The translations under genes and the position numbers were made by a program. The notes below the pieces were generated by a model. It saw only the letters and a list, made by a program, of their open reading frames with translations, did not search any database and had not been told where the DNA came from. Below are positions 1-15,500 of a stretch of DNA of 64,000 nt, one piece after another. The DNA is from Takakia lepidozioides (Eukaryota; Plantae; Bryophyta). Position 1 is the stretch's first letter, and each line of letters opens with the position of its first letter. The stretch is taken from positions 5,642,001-5,706,000 of the forward strand of contig CM060731.1 of NCBI GenBank assembly GCA_030704615.1. Direction: 5' to 3'.

Positions 1-3000
1 GGCCATGGCCATTAACACAGGAATGTAGCTCTGGTTTCCTCACAAAAGTGCACCCCCCATCACAATGAACCACATATCAATCAAGCACATGTAAGGTATT
101 ATTACATAGACTTGGTGGCTATAATTTGGCTTGAATATTACCTCTAAAATGCTTAAGCAATTGTTTTACTTATATCTCTTGATACATTGGATATCTTTCC
201 ACTCTCAAGGAATGATGATTAGAGGACATACTTGCCAAATTTTCATAGCTTTTCGAGGAAGTGGTGGACGTAGCTTTTTAGTTTCACTTTTTATAACATG
301 ATGTGAAAGAAAAAAAAATGCATCTTATTTGCAGTTGGAACCACTTAGGGTAAGATTCTATTTATGATTGAGGGCTTATAGTACAAACTATAGCAACCAA
401 CGATAGACCAGTTGAGGTCTACCTCAAGCGCTGCCTCATATTGAGAAACCGCATTTTTATGTGTTTCTTGCTCTCGAGAAATGCGAGCATCCTGAATATG
501 TTTAGTCAAACGTCGCAACACTTCCCCATGTCGATTTGTCAAACCATTAAACTTTTGGTATGCTTCCTGGACCAAATTTACAGATTGTTACTTCATGAAA
601 ACTTCCATATCTTATGTGCAAGAGCAAAGCTCAAAAAATAAAATAAAAATGTGGATGCATTGCCAAAGCAAGCGTAAATTATGGTGTCACTTGACCCTAA
701 AGGGCTATTACCTTTTCAGTGCAAGGTGGACTTCTTTGCGCATCAACATGTGGTTTAAACGCACAACCACTAGTAAAGCCGTTTATGCCCTTACCACTGG
801 TCTAAATGTTGGTTATCAACAAATCTCTCAATAAGGCATTGAACCTTTACTTCTCTCTATCATTGTCCTCTTTTGTTATCAAGGTGTTGGAGGCTCCATT
901 TTTTGTTATCTCCCCTTCCTCCCTCCCCTTAATAAGCTATTTGAGCTTTCCTTGGACATTTTAAAGTTTTCTATGTCTTTCTCATTTTTTTTCACGTGTT
1001 GTTTCAGATTGGATGCAAAATTGTTGGTCACATGGCCACTTATACGACCAAACTTATAAACACGTTGTTTTTATTTTTTAATTTGGATGTGTGCATACAT
1101 ATATAAGCATGTGAACAACTTTACACATTATAGACAGTGCCATCTAATTTACGAGTAATAAAATATAACTAATAAAGTTGCATATAGATTTTTAAAAAAA
1201 TGTGTTTCCATTTATACCTACCCAAATACAAATCATGTGCTGTTGGCCCAAGTGTCAAGTGTCATCTACCAAGTGCAATCTCCTATGTATGCAAGTGGGT
1301 CTCCTATGTCGAGGCCCAAGTGCGACCTCTAGGGTGGCCTTGGCCGTTGGCCCAAGTGTCCCAAGTGTCAACTAAGTGCAATCCCTTATGTATCCAAGTG
1401 AGTCTCCTATGTCGAGGCCCATCTAAGCCCAATGTGCAATCTCCTATGTATATCCAATCATTATTGATATATCCCGTCTCTAGAGTAGCATGTGCCATGG
1501 GCCCAAGTATCAAGGGAAAGGTCTCCGGTTCAAATCTGGTCATAGGCTATGTGGAAAAAAATGCATTTGGACGCGGTTTGGGAGATCTCAACGACGCTAC
1601 AAAACAAACAAAACAAAACAAAACAAACGTCTCGCTTCGTATATTAACTAGGGTAGCATGTGCCATTGGCCCAAGTGTCAAGTGTCATCTAAGCCCAAGT
1701 GCAATCTCCTATGTATGCAAGTGTGTCTCCTATATCGAGGCCCAGGTGCGACCTCTAGGGTAGCCTCTGCCGTTGGCCCAAGGGTCCAATGTCATTTAAG
1801 TCCAAGTGCAATCTTCCATGTATCCAAGTGCGTCTCCTATGCCGAGGCCCAAATCTGTCAAGGCTCCAAGGATTCCCACTTTGCAATTTTTCGGGAATTT
1901 CCAGCGACCAAAAGTACTTGAAATTCCAAATCTCCCACATGAAGGGCCAATCACTGCTCCAAGAAAGCCCACTTTGTTATTTTTCGCGAATTTCCAGCGA
2001 CCAGAAGTACTTGAAATTCCATATCTCCCACACCGCAGGTCCAAAAATCATGAGACCAAGCCGGTGCACCCCTCCTCATCAAGGGCTTTCCAACGGTACC
2101 AAGCATCGGGGTTGGGGACCTCTAGGGTAGCATGTGCCGTGGGTCCAAGTGTCAAGTGTTATCTAAGTCCAAGTGTAAGATCTTCTATGTATCCCAGTGC
2201 GTCTCCTATGCGGAGGCCCAAGTGCAACTCTAGGATAGCCTGTACCTTTGGCCCATGTGTGAAGAATTGAAAATCTAAGACCAAGTACAATTTCCTATGT
2301 ATCCAATGCGTATCCTGTGTTGAGGCCCAAATGCGACCTCTAGTGTAGCCTATGCCGCTGGCCCATGTATGAGAATTAAAGTCCAAGTCCAAGTGCAATC
2401 TCTTATGTATCCAAATGCGTCTCCTATGTCGAGGCCAAATGCAACCTCTAGGGTAGCACGTGCCGTTGGCCCAAGTGTCCAGTGTCATCTAAGTCCAAGT
2501 GCAATCCCATATGTATCAAAGTGCGTCTCCTATGTCGAGGCCCAAATGCAACTCTAGGGTAGTTTTTGCCGTTGGCCCAAGTGTCAAATGTCATTGAAGC
2601 CCAAGTGTAAGATCTTCTATGTATGCAAGTGCGTCTCCTATGTCGAGGTCCATCTAAGCACAGTGTGCATGTGTATGCAAGTGGGTCTCCTATATCGAGG
2701 CCCAAGTGCGACCTCTAGGGGAGCCTCTGCTGTTGGCCCAAGTGTCAAGTGTCATCTAAGCCCAAGTGCAATCTCCTATGTATGCAAGTGGGTCTCCTAT
2801 GTCGAGGCCCAAGTGCGACCTCTAGGGTGGCCTCGACCACTAAGTGCAATCTCTTATGTATCCAAGTGAGTCTCCTATGTCGAGGCCCATCTAAGCCCAG
2901 TGTGCAATCTCCTATGTATATCCAATCATTATTGATATATCCCGTCTCTAGAGTAGCATGTGCCATTGGCCCAAGTGTCCAATGTCATCTAAGTCCAAAT

Positions 3001-6000
3001 GCATTTTTTTCCACATAGCCTATGACCAAATTTGAACCGGAGACCTTTCCCTTGATATCTCTCTTGTCAAGGCTCCAAGAATTCCCACTTTGCAATTTTT
3101 CGGGAATTTCCAGCGACCAAAAGTACTTGAAATTCCAAATCTCCCACACCGCATGTCCAAAAATCATGAGACCAAGCCGGTGCACCCCTCCTCGTCGAGG
3201 GCTTTCCAAAGACACCAAGCACCCGCGCTGGGGCCATGCGGTTTGGGAGATCTCAACGACGCTACAAAACAAACAAAACAAACGTCTCGATTCATATATT
3301 GATAATACAACATCATATTGATCAAACTATATAATGTGCGATGATATCAATATGAGGGCACCAACAATGAATATAATAGTTATGTGAGTTTCTTGTACAT
3401 CTGTGGAGGTTTGCATGAGAATGGTGGCGTCCAAAAAGTCAAATAAATCCTGTACCAAGATCACCATATATTGAGTTATACAAATCTTGTACGTTGTAGC
3501 ACAAATCAAGTTATCAAGTAAATTTAACTATAGTGTGAAACTAACTAGAAATATCTGGCTATTTGGCTTTAACACTTGAAAGTAGTTCAAGTGCTAAATC
3601 AGGTATCAAGATCTAAACTTGACACCTGAAATATCTTATCCTCACGCTCGTCAGTCGTGCGGCTCACATCTCTCGAGTGATCTCTAAACTAAAGACACAC
3701 TGTCACATGACACCAAAACACGAAACACAATCACTCATTGAATAGGCTGTCGAGCCTGGGGCATCCCATACTATGCGAAATCCACCTCACAACAACCTAC
3801 TCTCCCATACTGCTCACTCACACATGCACATTCACAAGTTGTATCCTACGTCGACCACATCGACTATTCCATATCTAACCTAAATACGTTGCAAATAGCT
3901 TCAAGATCCACAAACCTCAGAAAGATGCTTAAATGTGAGGTCAGCATTTTCCGCCATAACATCAGCGGCAAGGTCATAGAAACCATGAGATGGTTTACAA
4001 TATAGTAGTAGCAGATTCCCAAATGTTTCTGGGGGAAAAGGCGGGCTCTACATATAACAACCCCATCAACTATTCATGAGATTATATATACTTCAAAAGA
4101 CCGCAAGTACAATGTTGGAATGTTTGAGCACGAATTGTTGCAAATTTTAAACCCATTATTATCGATTGTTAGTGGGCATTATTAAAATATATTGTTCTTT
4201 TTTTCTGAAATGACTACATTAAGGCTCTAAACATAATGATATCACGAATGCGATTGACAAGTATATGATAGACAAAGAGTTGAGAGGTCCCAAAAGTCTC
4301 TTGTAATTTTAGAAAAAAAGGCCAATAGGTCGGGTGAAACAATTATCAGAGGGATGATCAAGGTAAATACTTTATGCACAAATAATTATATCACATTTTA
4401 TGTACTTGGTATCTTGGGGAGGATTATTCATAATCAAATATAGCTTAAGTAAAATGTGTAGTAGGTACTCTCATAGCTTGTAGTATGATCACATCCAATT
4501 CTTATTGAAAAAGGTAAAACTTGGGTCACATCCCTTGCCCTCAATTCAACCCCAATAATTCAATTAACCAAATTTACAACATTGGAAGGATAAAAGGTTG
4601 AACCTGCAAGAGGAAATTGAGCTTGCGAAATCCTGATGTAGGATCTATGTCCATGTTCATGAGGGCTTGATTGTGAAGTGTCACCTATATTAGCATGCAT
4701 CCGATTTTGAGGATTTGATAGTGACCTATCTTAACAAAAAAGTAATTATAAGAGAGAATTATTTGTGTGTGTGTGCGCGCGCGTCTCTCTCTCTCTAGCT
4801 TGATGGTGGCTAGGCTATTGAGATTTTGGGAAACTTATGGTGTAATTGTTCACCACATCGTCCGATATTAAGAGTAGGCATAAACTAAAATTGACAATTC
4901 AACATCAAATACCTAGTTTTAATAACACCACTTAAGACATGTCTATTCCTTGTGGAATTTCCTCTTTATAACATAATTACGAGAAAACAACGATGTCGTA
5001 TGTAACGACTTTCTTGAATTGCTTGATCACTTGTTTTCTTTCTCTATCTTCGATTTTAGCTAATTCCACTCTTGGATTACATAATCCTATTGGGGTGTTG
5101 TGAAAATCGCTTATTGTTAAACTGATCGTTGTAGATTTTGTTGGTGAGACAAGGAAAACGGTTTGTTCATGTTGCGAATATGAGATCTGATGGTTGTTAG
5201 GCCCTATAGCAGTAGCATAGTGGAGTATATGTGTACACCTTCTACATGATCCGGTCAATGTACATTGCTGTCTTACCTGGTCTATTGTAGCCAATGTCTT
5301 ATATCGGATCTAGGAAACTTGATAATGAGAGGTCTAGAAGTTTATCAATCACGCATTTATCTTGATGGTGACTAAAGTTTTTTGTAATACCGTTCAAGAA
5401 TTGTCTAACATTTTTGTTATGTTAAGATTTTTCTACCTAGAGCGTAACGGGATAATGGGAAAAGGATTAGGGTTGGTCCTAGATCCTAACCTAAAGTAGC
5501 CAGCCTACAGGGTCAGAAAAGACAAATTAGTCGGCATGTTTGCATAGGCATGTGTGATTGCAATTTTTTTTTACCTTTTATAAGTTACCCTCAATCTGGG
5601 TTTTTTTTTTTCCAGCTTTGAATGGAGTATGATGAATGTTGGGGTATACCATACCATTGCACATGCTACCCCAATAGGTCATTTAAGTTTTTGATATACC
5701 CATGCCTAGGACCAAGGTATCTTAAAATTGGAAATACCCATACCCATCATATAACTACCCTAGCCAATCCTAATCTACACTGGGCCCTATCAGTTGGACC
5801 CAACAACCAAGTTGGACCTACCAGTACAACACTAGTAACTACCATCCTTCCACCCACTAGTATGTTGTCTTTCCTTCTCTTTTGCAATCGGTGGGTGTGT
5901 ATAATGGGGCTAGGTGAGGCAGCTTCATTTGCTTTAGAGGTAAGACATACTCGGATTGCGAAAAGAAATGGCATAACGGAAGCCTTCATGCTGCCGCATG

Positions 6001-9000
6001 CTTTTTGTGTGGTTGGTGTTGAGAATACACACTCGCTTATGTTATTCTCAAATGTTTGTTGGTCTATAGGATGTTGGAAGGATGATCACGAATGGGTGCC
6101 TTGCCAATTGCTGATCATGTGTACAAGAATTATCCATGCTTACCTTGAGTAAGTAGATGAGTTCTTGTTCTTATCCATAGGAGCTAAAGAATGCCCATGG
6201 GGATTTTTGAATTTGCAGAATTGTTCAAAGAACCAATTCCCTAATTGTTGAGTTATGACATGTCTCATAGACGCATTTTTTTACTTCTATATTATTTATA
6301 CTTTATGTACTTTAAGTAAAATCTTGAAGGATTTTACCGTAATTCTGAAAATTGGATAGAATCTTTGCATATCCATTGTAAGTCTGAGTTTTACAAAACT
6401 TGTTAAGTTTATATGTAACTGCTAGTGTCTATATTGAAGAGGTTGGACTTTATCCAAATGTATAATGTCGTTAAACAATAGAGGACTAGATCGAAATGCT
6501 ACAGGAATGGACAAATTGTAACATGACTCTCTCTCTCCCTCCCTTTCCCTCTCTTCAATCCTGTTGCTGTAGATTCTTCTTTTTTTTCTTTTTTTTTGAA
6601 CAACATGGTGGGACCTTTCTTTTTTTAGACCAAGACATATACATGTCTGCCTAACCTAGGATGGACAAATTGTTAACCTGGTATTCCCCCTTACCTAAAT
6701 CCAATCAGATTTAAACATTGGAAGGGGATTTATGTTAACGGATTTATTTTGGAAAAAAAACAGCTCAATTTGAAATGATTATTATTCTAAAACCTTACCA
6801 GATGACAGGGGGTACTCCTCGTCCATTGATTGGTTCTTCACTATCCTTATTTTTGAATTCCTTGAAGTTTGATCCTTGGACCATTTGGATACCATTTAAA
6901 TTGAGTGAATGCAAGCAATATATCTTTGCATGTCAGGATGAAAGAGGTGTTGTTTATTATAATCCTGATGGTTGGTTAAGAAAAAAAATTATGTCTGAAC
7001 CAGACATAACCCCTTGCTTTTTCCTAGATTCCATGGTCTCATACTTGGTCTGATGGGTTTTTCATCCTTGGAACTTGTTTGTTATGTCCCTAGTAGACTA
7101 ACTGGGAGCAGGCTTTGTTGCCCTGCCATTCATGACAAATGGACTAACCTCATACTACCATGATTGCCTATCAAGGACTCTCGTGTCCTTGCGGTACAAT
7201 GTGTGTCTTCTCATGATGATTCCAGCAATGGCTATCTGGGACAGGGCATCCTATGATGAATCCAGATAGTTCTTGGTTACTGTATTCTGGGAAATGAAGT
7301 TGTTGCCCTAAGCCTTCCTACGTCTTACAGGAGACAAGATATTCTGGCTATGACAAAGTGGTCCCTATAACTATTCTAGTAATGGATTGGTTACGCATCA
7401 AGCGAGCCTGGGAACTCAAGATGCATTTGCCTCAATGTCTTTTGTAAGACTAGATTGAGACCCTGAATGTGCCTATGTACGAAGAGGTATCCTGACTATG
7501 CAAGCCTTATGGAGGTGAATGGGTGCTCACTGTCTTGGCTACTTCTGGAGTTGCCTTGTAAGCTGTCAAATTGTTGTCAGAAACCTTTTCCTCTGATGAT
7601 GAGTACACAAAAGTGGAGATTTTTCTTGTACGCAGTGTGCTATCATACCTCGTTTAGCTTGCAAAAAGGTGGTGGCCTATGTCACCATCTCTGGGGCTCT
7701 AAGATTTCTCTGGGCAAGCAGCTTGGCAGTGACACATTACAACAATGGGATCACGACCTGACAACAACAGATGTTCCCTCTGTTACTACAGATCGTGTGT
7801 GACTCCTAGGCAATCACAAAACAAATGGGGTGTTTTTTTCCCTTTCTTACTTTCTTCTTTCTTGCCTCCAAGGTCGTCATATTACACTTTGTATCACGAG
7901 TGTTGAGGATTCATATTCCTTAGCGTGATCAAAGATTTCTGCCTAGACCTCTCTCTCTCTCTCTCTCTCTCTCTACAACCTTTAGTATGGTCTATCCTAC
8001 ATATCTTTAAAGATATTTACAAAGACATAACCTAACCATCCTAAGATGTTGCAATTACCCTAAAGCAGTACACTAATTAGGGTTAGTGATAACTTAGTGT
8101 ATAATATTTTAATATAGGGAGATGACGGCTTAAGGATAATAGAGCCACGTAAGGTGTCAGGCTTGTTATTCTTTGGAGTTTTGACGCTAAGTTAGTTGCT
8201 ATTACGCGCAACCTTGCCTATATGAACAACAAATCTCAGGGCTATGGAGATGGATTGGGTCCTGAAGTACATTAAAGAGCCAAGAGCAACGAGTATCATT
8301 CACCATTTGTCTTGCAGTTGCTTTCTCCTACACAACTGGACACTCACAATGTCTTAGCTGGAACAATACCTCAAGCATTGAAGGTGTAGGACTTAATGCT
8401 CTGTACCTCTGCATTCATGTTTCTGCTTAACCCCTAAGTGATGAGACCTGTTTTTGGATTTTGGGACAAAACCGGGACCCACCCTCACACGTCAGCTTGT
8501 AGCTGCCTACCCCCGTTCATCCACGTGGATGAACCATACAAAGTCATACCTACCTACCAGATGCACAAGTACCCCACATTTGGGGAGATTCCACCGTTTT
8601 GTTTGGGAGATTATAACAATTGAAAATAGTGTATTTTCTGGAAAATAAAAATAAAAACACCAAAACTTCATCTTTGACCAAGCAAAAAATCAATGTTGCA
8701 AAAAAATTCTGGGAGAAAAAGTACCATATTCTAGTGTAGTGCTGCATCCCAAACCCTCACACCAAATTTCAGGTGAATCTGCCAAAAAACTTTTTTTTGG
8801 GGGGGGGGTGGAGGGCTTTGTATATGAAATCATGGTTTGGCTTCTTACCCAAGTAGAGCCAAGACATGATATTTGTTTTCTAATTCCTCTTATAAGTAAG
8901 TGCACACTAACATTACATAGTGCCTTGTCAAAAACAAATTGGCATTTTGATAAAATCTGAGCCTTAGATGTTGTTTCCAAGATTCCTCATTTGGCCTGCC

Positions 9001-10849
9001 ACGTAGGAAAATCAACGCTGAATTTGCACTTTGAAAATTTCTAGGGAGCAGAGCTTTTAATATTTCAGGGTGCTTTAAATTCGCTTTAAACTCGCACGTG
9101 TGCTTCTCCTTAACCCCCTCACTTTATCTTCGGGACCCACCTCCATCCACTCACATCCAAGGGAGGTGGACTTGGTGCCCAACTGAAGTGACCCAATTCG
9201 GGTCGCTTCGTCGTTTAGGGGTTAAATTCCATTGCATACTTAGTAGCATGAATGAAAGTCGATAGCAAGCGTGGAAATCTGCTATTCATCTCGCGCATCC
9301 TCACTAACATTCACTCTGTTGGGTGGTTGTATTTTCGGGACGGGCGCAGGTGAGGGTTCTCCACCTTCCATGATGTTATAATGTGTTGGAAATTTAGTTG
9401 TGATATTGCAGGGTACTAAGGTGCTGAACCAATATGCACAAGGGCAGACACAACCGCTCTTCATGCACGAACAATATGATAGTTCGACGTTACTTGGAGA
9501 CTAGATTGTAAAGAGTTGTAGAAACTCTTATGGTCACCCTTTCTGCACAGTTTCTCTGATACAATTTTGGAGTGACTATGTTGCAGAAATTGACATCTGC
9601 AAGGATGGTTTTTTATGACACCAATCCCTTCTTTGTCTTGGATATGAAACAAAACAACTACAAGGGAAGAATTGACTTCGGTACTATGACAGTTTAGTAT
9701 TTATTTAAAGAATCTGTTTTTTCAAGAAAGGGCTTTACTTGCTACAGCATAGGATGTCTCTCAACACGACATCTACGACCATTCCCTTTGTGTGACAATG
9801 AAAGGGTAGATCTAATAATGGGGAACGGTTTCTCCAAGGTCCCCACCACCCACCTTGACCTCTTCTTTCTTAAATGATATCAGAGGATGACTTGGCATGT
9901 CTTTATGTTACATTGTTTTGTGTTGAAAAGACACTGAAAAATATGGATAAATTCTGGAAGGTTTTTTGAAGTTTTTACTACTGTATGTGTTGCGTCAATG
10001 TTGCATAGAACCTGTATAATTCAAAGAGCTGAACTTTCAGGTTAGTAGACCGGTGATGATGCCTTACTTAGTACTCAAGGTTATATTATCAATGTCCTTT
10101 TTTGTTTTGACAAGACAAGCCCTATCTCTCTCTCCAATCTGGTTTTTTTCTTGCCGATTATCTTTTGTCAAACACATTTTCGTTAAATTGGATGAACAGA
10201 GGGCATAACACCTAGCTTTGCATATCCTACTTAGGGTCCTGGATATTATAAATGATTGAGACACTTGCAATAACTAGCTAGAGACCTCCTTAAATGGTTG
10301 GGGCTCTCTAATAAACACCAAAGCCTATTAGTTCGCTTTTCAAAGCCGTAAGTGGTGGCTCTTAATGAGCTAGGTCTCTTTCCCCTGCACCGTTCTTACT
10401 TTAAGAGTAGAGAAAGAGAAGAGCAACTCAGACTATTCATCTCCCAAGGAGAAAGGCTCTTGCAAGAGGGAAGGAGACAACTGACTACAATGGCCTCTTC
10501 CTCAAGGAACAACCAAGTAGAAAGATTGAGCAAACAGGTTCCCTACTATTTCATTTATAATTGTTTTGCTAATTTGCTGCTGCAATGTTCTGTTTGTCAT
10601 TTAAGACTTCAGTTTCAGTTTCATTTGTCTCTCATGGTGGACATGGATAACAACTAGGTGATGCCATAAATTTGGGGCTCCACAATGGTCATTGGTTTTG
10701 TGGGGTGCTTGTGATGGGACCAAATAAGGCCTCATCTTTGCTTTGATAGCTAGGAGTGGCTACTATCTAATGATTTGTCCCAAGCATGTAAATGAGGTTG
10801 CTATTTAATACATAGAGTTTTGTAACCACTTGAAAATGTATCTTTTGGC

Positions 10850-10905
<56 letters not shown>

Positions 10906-12479
10906 TGATATCAATGCTAGCTTTGAAATAGTAGATCTAGCACTGTGGCTTTGGCTTGAGTTAATCTCAAATGACAGTCTTATTGTTGGACTGTCATCGT
11001 CATATAAAGTTCTCTAAGTGTGTGAAGACTTAGATTGTACTCCCCACCCACCCATCCGGACTAAATAAGCGAAAATTATGAATGAGAGTGTATAGTATGA
11101 TGAGGCCTATTTCAGGCAGATGATGTCATTAAATTTATGGACTGATCTTGTATAGTCAAGCCATATCTTGTCTTGACATGACAACAATAACCTCTTACTT
11201 TCTTTCTTTGAGTCTTAGTTCAACAAATATTTTTTCCATCCATCACAACGTTTTTAATCTCAAAAAATTGCAAAAGCCATAATCCATCAAGTTAACTAGG
11301 TATTCGAAAACAAAGTGTTCAAAATTGTTATAGGAATTTAAACTCACACAACAGGGTTGTGGCCCAATGGTATGTTTGGGCTCGATCCATTATGCTGCCT
11401 TAATTGGGTTGAGGCTCTGCCCTTGTATGCTTTACGATCCATAATGGGTTTTAGGCTCAAGCCCAACGACTGTGGCTTGAGGTTCTTGGGGAAAAAAGAA
11501 AACTCGATCATCACCAATAAATGGCTTAGACTGTTGCTACACATATTTATAAACTAAATATATGTTTGTTAAGCCATAATATGTATTGGTGGGAAGGGAG
11601 TGAGATAGGTACCGAATCTAACTCTTCCTCGGCACGTGGAGGCATGTCAGTAAGAGCCTCCTTTGCAGCATCAATATCTCCATTTATGTACTCAATGGCA
11701 GCCTACTTGGAAAGATAAAAGATGAATCACAACATTTGGACAATAGCATGGGTATACAAAAATAAACCTCCTTCAATAATTTGAATGAGCTAGCATTTTC
11801 ACCAAGCATATCTTTCACATTCTATCATTTATAGTGGAAAATGGACTACTTCTTCAATATCCCTTGAGGTGTTGAACATTTGTCCCATGATCAATCCGTA
11901 AATATATTGAGTACCTTCAGATTGAATGCCTCGACCAAAGCAGACTCTTTCAAAGTGTGGTTGTTTCCTACACTACGCAGCTCCATGCCTTCCATGTGAC
12001 TTCAACCCCCACGCAATCCAGAACCCCAAGAATAAGCTTACATATAGGCATAAAAATTTAAGCTCGTGAAGCTTATCAGTGACCCACATAACTAGCATAC
12101 CACTCATGTTCAACTTCTTTATAACAAGAAACAAATATTGGTGAAGTGGGCTTGAGGTAAAGTGTCAACTGTGGCTTCATTTCATAGCCTCACTATTATC
12201 CTTTTAGCTCCTAATAATCTGGGCAGGTCTATAGCACCACTAAATAGTATATGTCATGTTAACACACAACTCTTAAGTAATAGTTGCACGAAATACCTAC
12301 AAATAGTTTTCAAAATGCAACTGTCAAGAAAGTACCCTCATAAAAAATGAGCACATCTATATGTGCTTCAAAATGTGGTTCTGATTGAGCACGAGGTGTG
12401 TATACCATGAAGAAAACATCCAATAGATGTCTTAGTGATTAGAGCACAATGTCGCCTTACAAGTGGTCGTGGGTTTAAA

Positions 12480-12517
<38 letters not shown>

Positions 12518-15500
12518 TATATATATCAGTCAACCAACTATAAAAGAAGGGGTCATTTGATCAATTAGACACCTAATGTGTGGGTACCCGGGCGGCGGGA
12601 AACTTTCAGTCCTTGGGGGATATTTGGAGAGTCACAGTTTTATGTTTACGGCTGTTATAATGTATCCACCTTCCAATTAGAAAGCAATAGCTTCTCACAA
12701 CGTTTCACATTATCAAAAACACTTGCTTCGGCAGGATTCAACCTTCTTACTATTCTTATTCTTCTACTATACAAATAAGAATGATATGTGTGAACATAAA
12801 TATTGTACCTCCCAACACTAAGCTCAGGATGTTCCCTCACACCATGCTCAAGAATCTCTGCCAATGCTTTAAGTGCTGCCCCAACAAACCCGTTGTTTTC
12901 CGTCAAAGAAATGCATACCGACTTAACTTTGAAGGTACTTTCACCAAGCAAATTTTGATAATTTTTCAATACTTTCTTAAACTCCATATGAAAGCCGATT
13001 GTAGGATTGATTGATGTTTCTTTCATCTCCAGACAATATGGATATGTCAATGAGAAGAATCTCAACAAAATAAGCTTCCAAAATTTGCATCAAAATTTTG
13101 GATTAACATTGAATCTTTAACAATATTCTTACTATTTGGAATAACATATCATGGTACTTCAATCATATGATCATATACAACAAAAAAATGTCAATGACAA
13201 AACTCTTACAGGATAAAAAAGAAGTTTTTACTTTCATACATGTTAAAGAAAAATCTTGCATGAGAGATGAAATTAACCTTGGGAAAAGTGTTTTATGCGA
13301 AACAAACATAATGTTTTGTTGTAGGCCAACTCAGGCTGCAATTCATGAAGTAGAGCCATTCAAAATAACCAACTTTATAAATGTTTCTTGAAATATGAAG
13401 GCAGCACTGAATTTCAACTATAACATGATTATCCGCGGATTGTAAGACTACGAAAGTTTTCAGTGAAAAAGAAGTGTAAGACATAATTAAAGTATGTACA
13501 AATGAATGTAGAGAGACCTGGAAGCCCATGACATTCATGGCCTCTGTGAATTTAGCATAAGCTTCTTGATAGTTGCATTCCTATCAAAACAAAAAATGAA
13601 ACGTTTCAATTTGAAAGAATCATTATCGCTAATTAAAGAAAAAAGAAAAAAGAAAAAACTCCATAATGACATCCAAACCGATCTCATATATAGTGGTAGG
13701 ACAAACCATGAGAGAGAGAGATGATGACTCATGCTGAAGCAATCGTCATTTATGGTGTCAATAATTACCATGAAGAGTGTAGAAATTCTTTAATGATCAC
13801 CGTTGAATAAATTAGACTCTTTTGAAAAATCCTCACAAAAATGATTATTTGAGTGCAAGAACACAAAAATGTCCATTGCAAATTGTAATTACTAACTATG
13901 TGAATTATTTATTAAGTCAACCAAAAAATAAACAATGTACAAATTGGATATGACCTTATAAAGACAACAACCTAGGTTGACACGAGAATCCACATTGTCA
14001 TCTGCACTTTGTTCGAGTAGTATTCGGCTACCTATCATTAACAATGACCACACAATAGTCAACATGAAATAACTTCATAGAAATAATCCACATAATATTT
14101 TCTATTTCCCCTCCACAATAGTCATGAGACATATAAGATGACATTTGCTAGAATTGCACAACAAAACCACAATTGAAAGAAAATAATTGTTGGAAGGAGA
14201 GACATTTTTATAAATTGACTTCAACAGTATAATCTTATTTGTAGGTGTGAAGACATGTGATCCTTGAAAGAGGGCAAATATATCATCGTTCGAAGAAAGA
14301 CATATTTATAAGTTGACTTTCATATCTATTTTAAAAAAAAAAAAAAAAAAAAAACACGGTCCATAGATTATAGGATTGGTACTATTCAATAGTGCCTTTC
14401 GAACTAGAGACCAACACCTTGAGGAGATAGCCTCATCAAAGTCCTCCAATGACATTATCAAACATGTTAGATCTGGTTGCAATTCAATGATAGAATGATG
14501 AGAACGTGAGCTTTATTAACAACATTTGGAAACATTAACATTGTTTGCATACTTCATACCAACTATATCGCCTTGCTCATGGCGGATGCATGCTTGAAGG
14601 TTCGTCATGCGCTGTTGGTGGCCTTTAATTGCGGAGCAGGCCCTCTCTGCCTCTGACAACATCCCCGCCTGCAAAACATTTTATTTTTTATTTTTATGAA
14701 TGTAGTGTCAAAAAATTTCATGTAAGCCACAGTATTATGAAGATACAATTTGATGATTTTGAACAAAAAATAAGCTATACTTGAGTGTTGGAAAGACCCA
14801 ATATTTGTTAGTCGAAAATCATTTCTTTACATCTCACATCTAGATTAAAAATTGGGGATTAACAAGAAAAAAGATTAAGATATAGAAGTAGTGGGGAATA
14901 AAAATAGATAGGGATGTACTTTATAAAGGGATTGTGCATTGTAAACCCGATATTTTTCTTCATTGGGATGTAGACGAATAAGATGCTCATACCTACATCA
15001 CCATCCATTTGAGACATATCGTAGTGCATATATAATGCAACTTCCATTTCCAAGCTCTAGAGACATATTTTCATCTAGTACGTGCAAATGTGAAGGAGGT
15101 GGAGGTACAAATGAGCTTGTAGCTAAGGATGAAAATATGAAACAATCAATTCATGTGACCACTCCATTTATAATACAATGGACTCAAATGCTATTTTGTA
15201 AAGATAGAGAAGGTTGACTACTTAGATATGTGTATATCGTCCATGAAGGTACTAAGATCAAATCATTTTCATTGTAAATAATCTAGATACAGTTGACTAA
15301 AGTTTTGCAGCTTGCTCAATGCTCTAGGTTGAGTGTACCCAACATATGACTACTCTTGCATTATAATACCCTTCAGAGATGTGATATTTTTGGTATATGA
15401 ACAATTAGAAGCTTGTTGCTTATATTGAAATAATGATTTGCAAAGTTGCATACATGGATGCAGCGGCATGAAAATCACCGAGCATGTAATGGCAGTAGCC

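Noticed and set aside
1200-3321. Many 60-190 aa ORFs
   Set aside because: Translations of the ~105-bp tandem repeat within an intron.
3630-3670. Possible hammerhead ribozyme (CTGACGA on the minus strand), suggesting a Penelope element or retrozyme
   Set aside because: No stem II-GAAA follows, and the 30-kb copy lacks the CUGANGA core.
4950-7800. Possible integrase, hAT or LINE remnants in the large IFT70 intron
   Set aside because: Only faint partial motifs; too degenerate to assign by eye.
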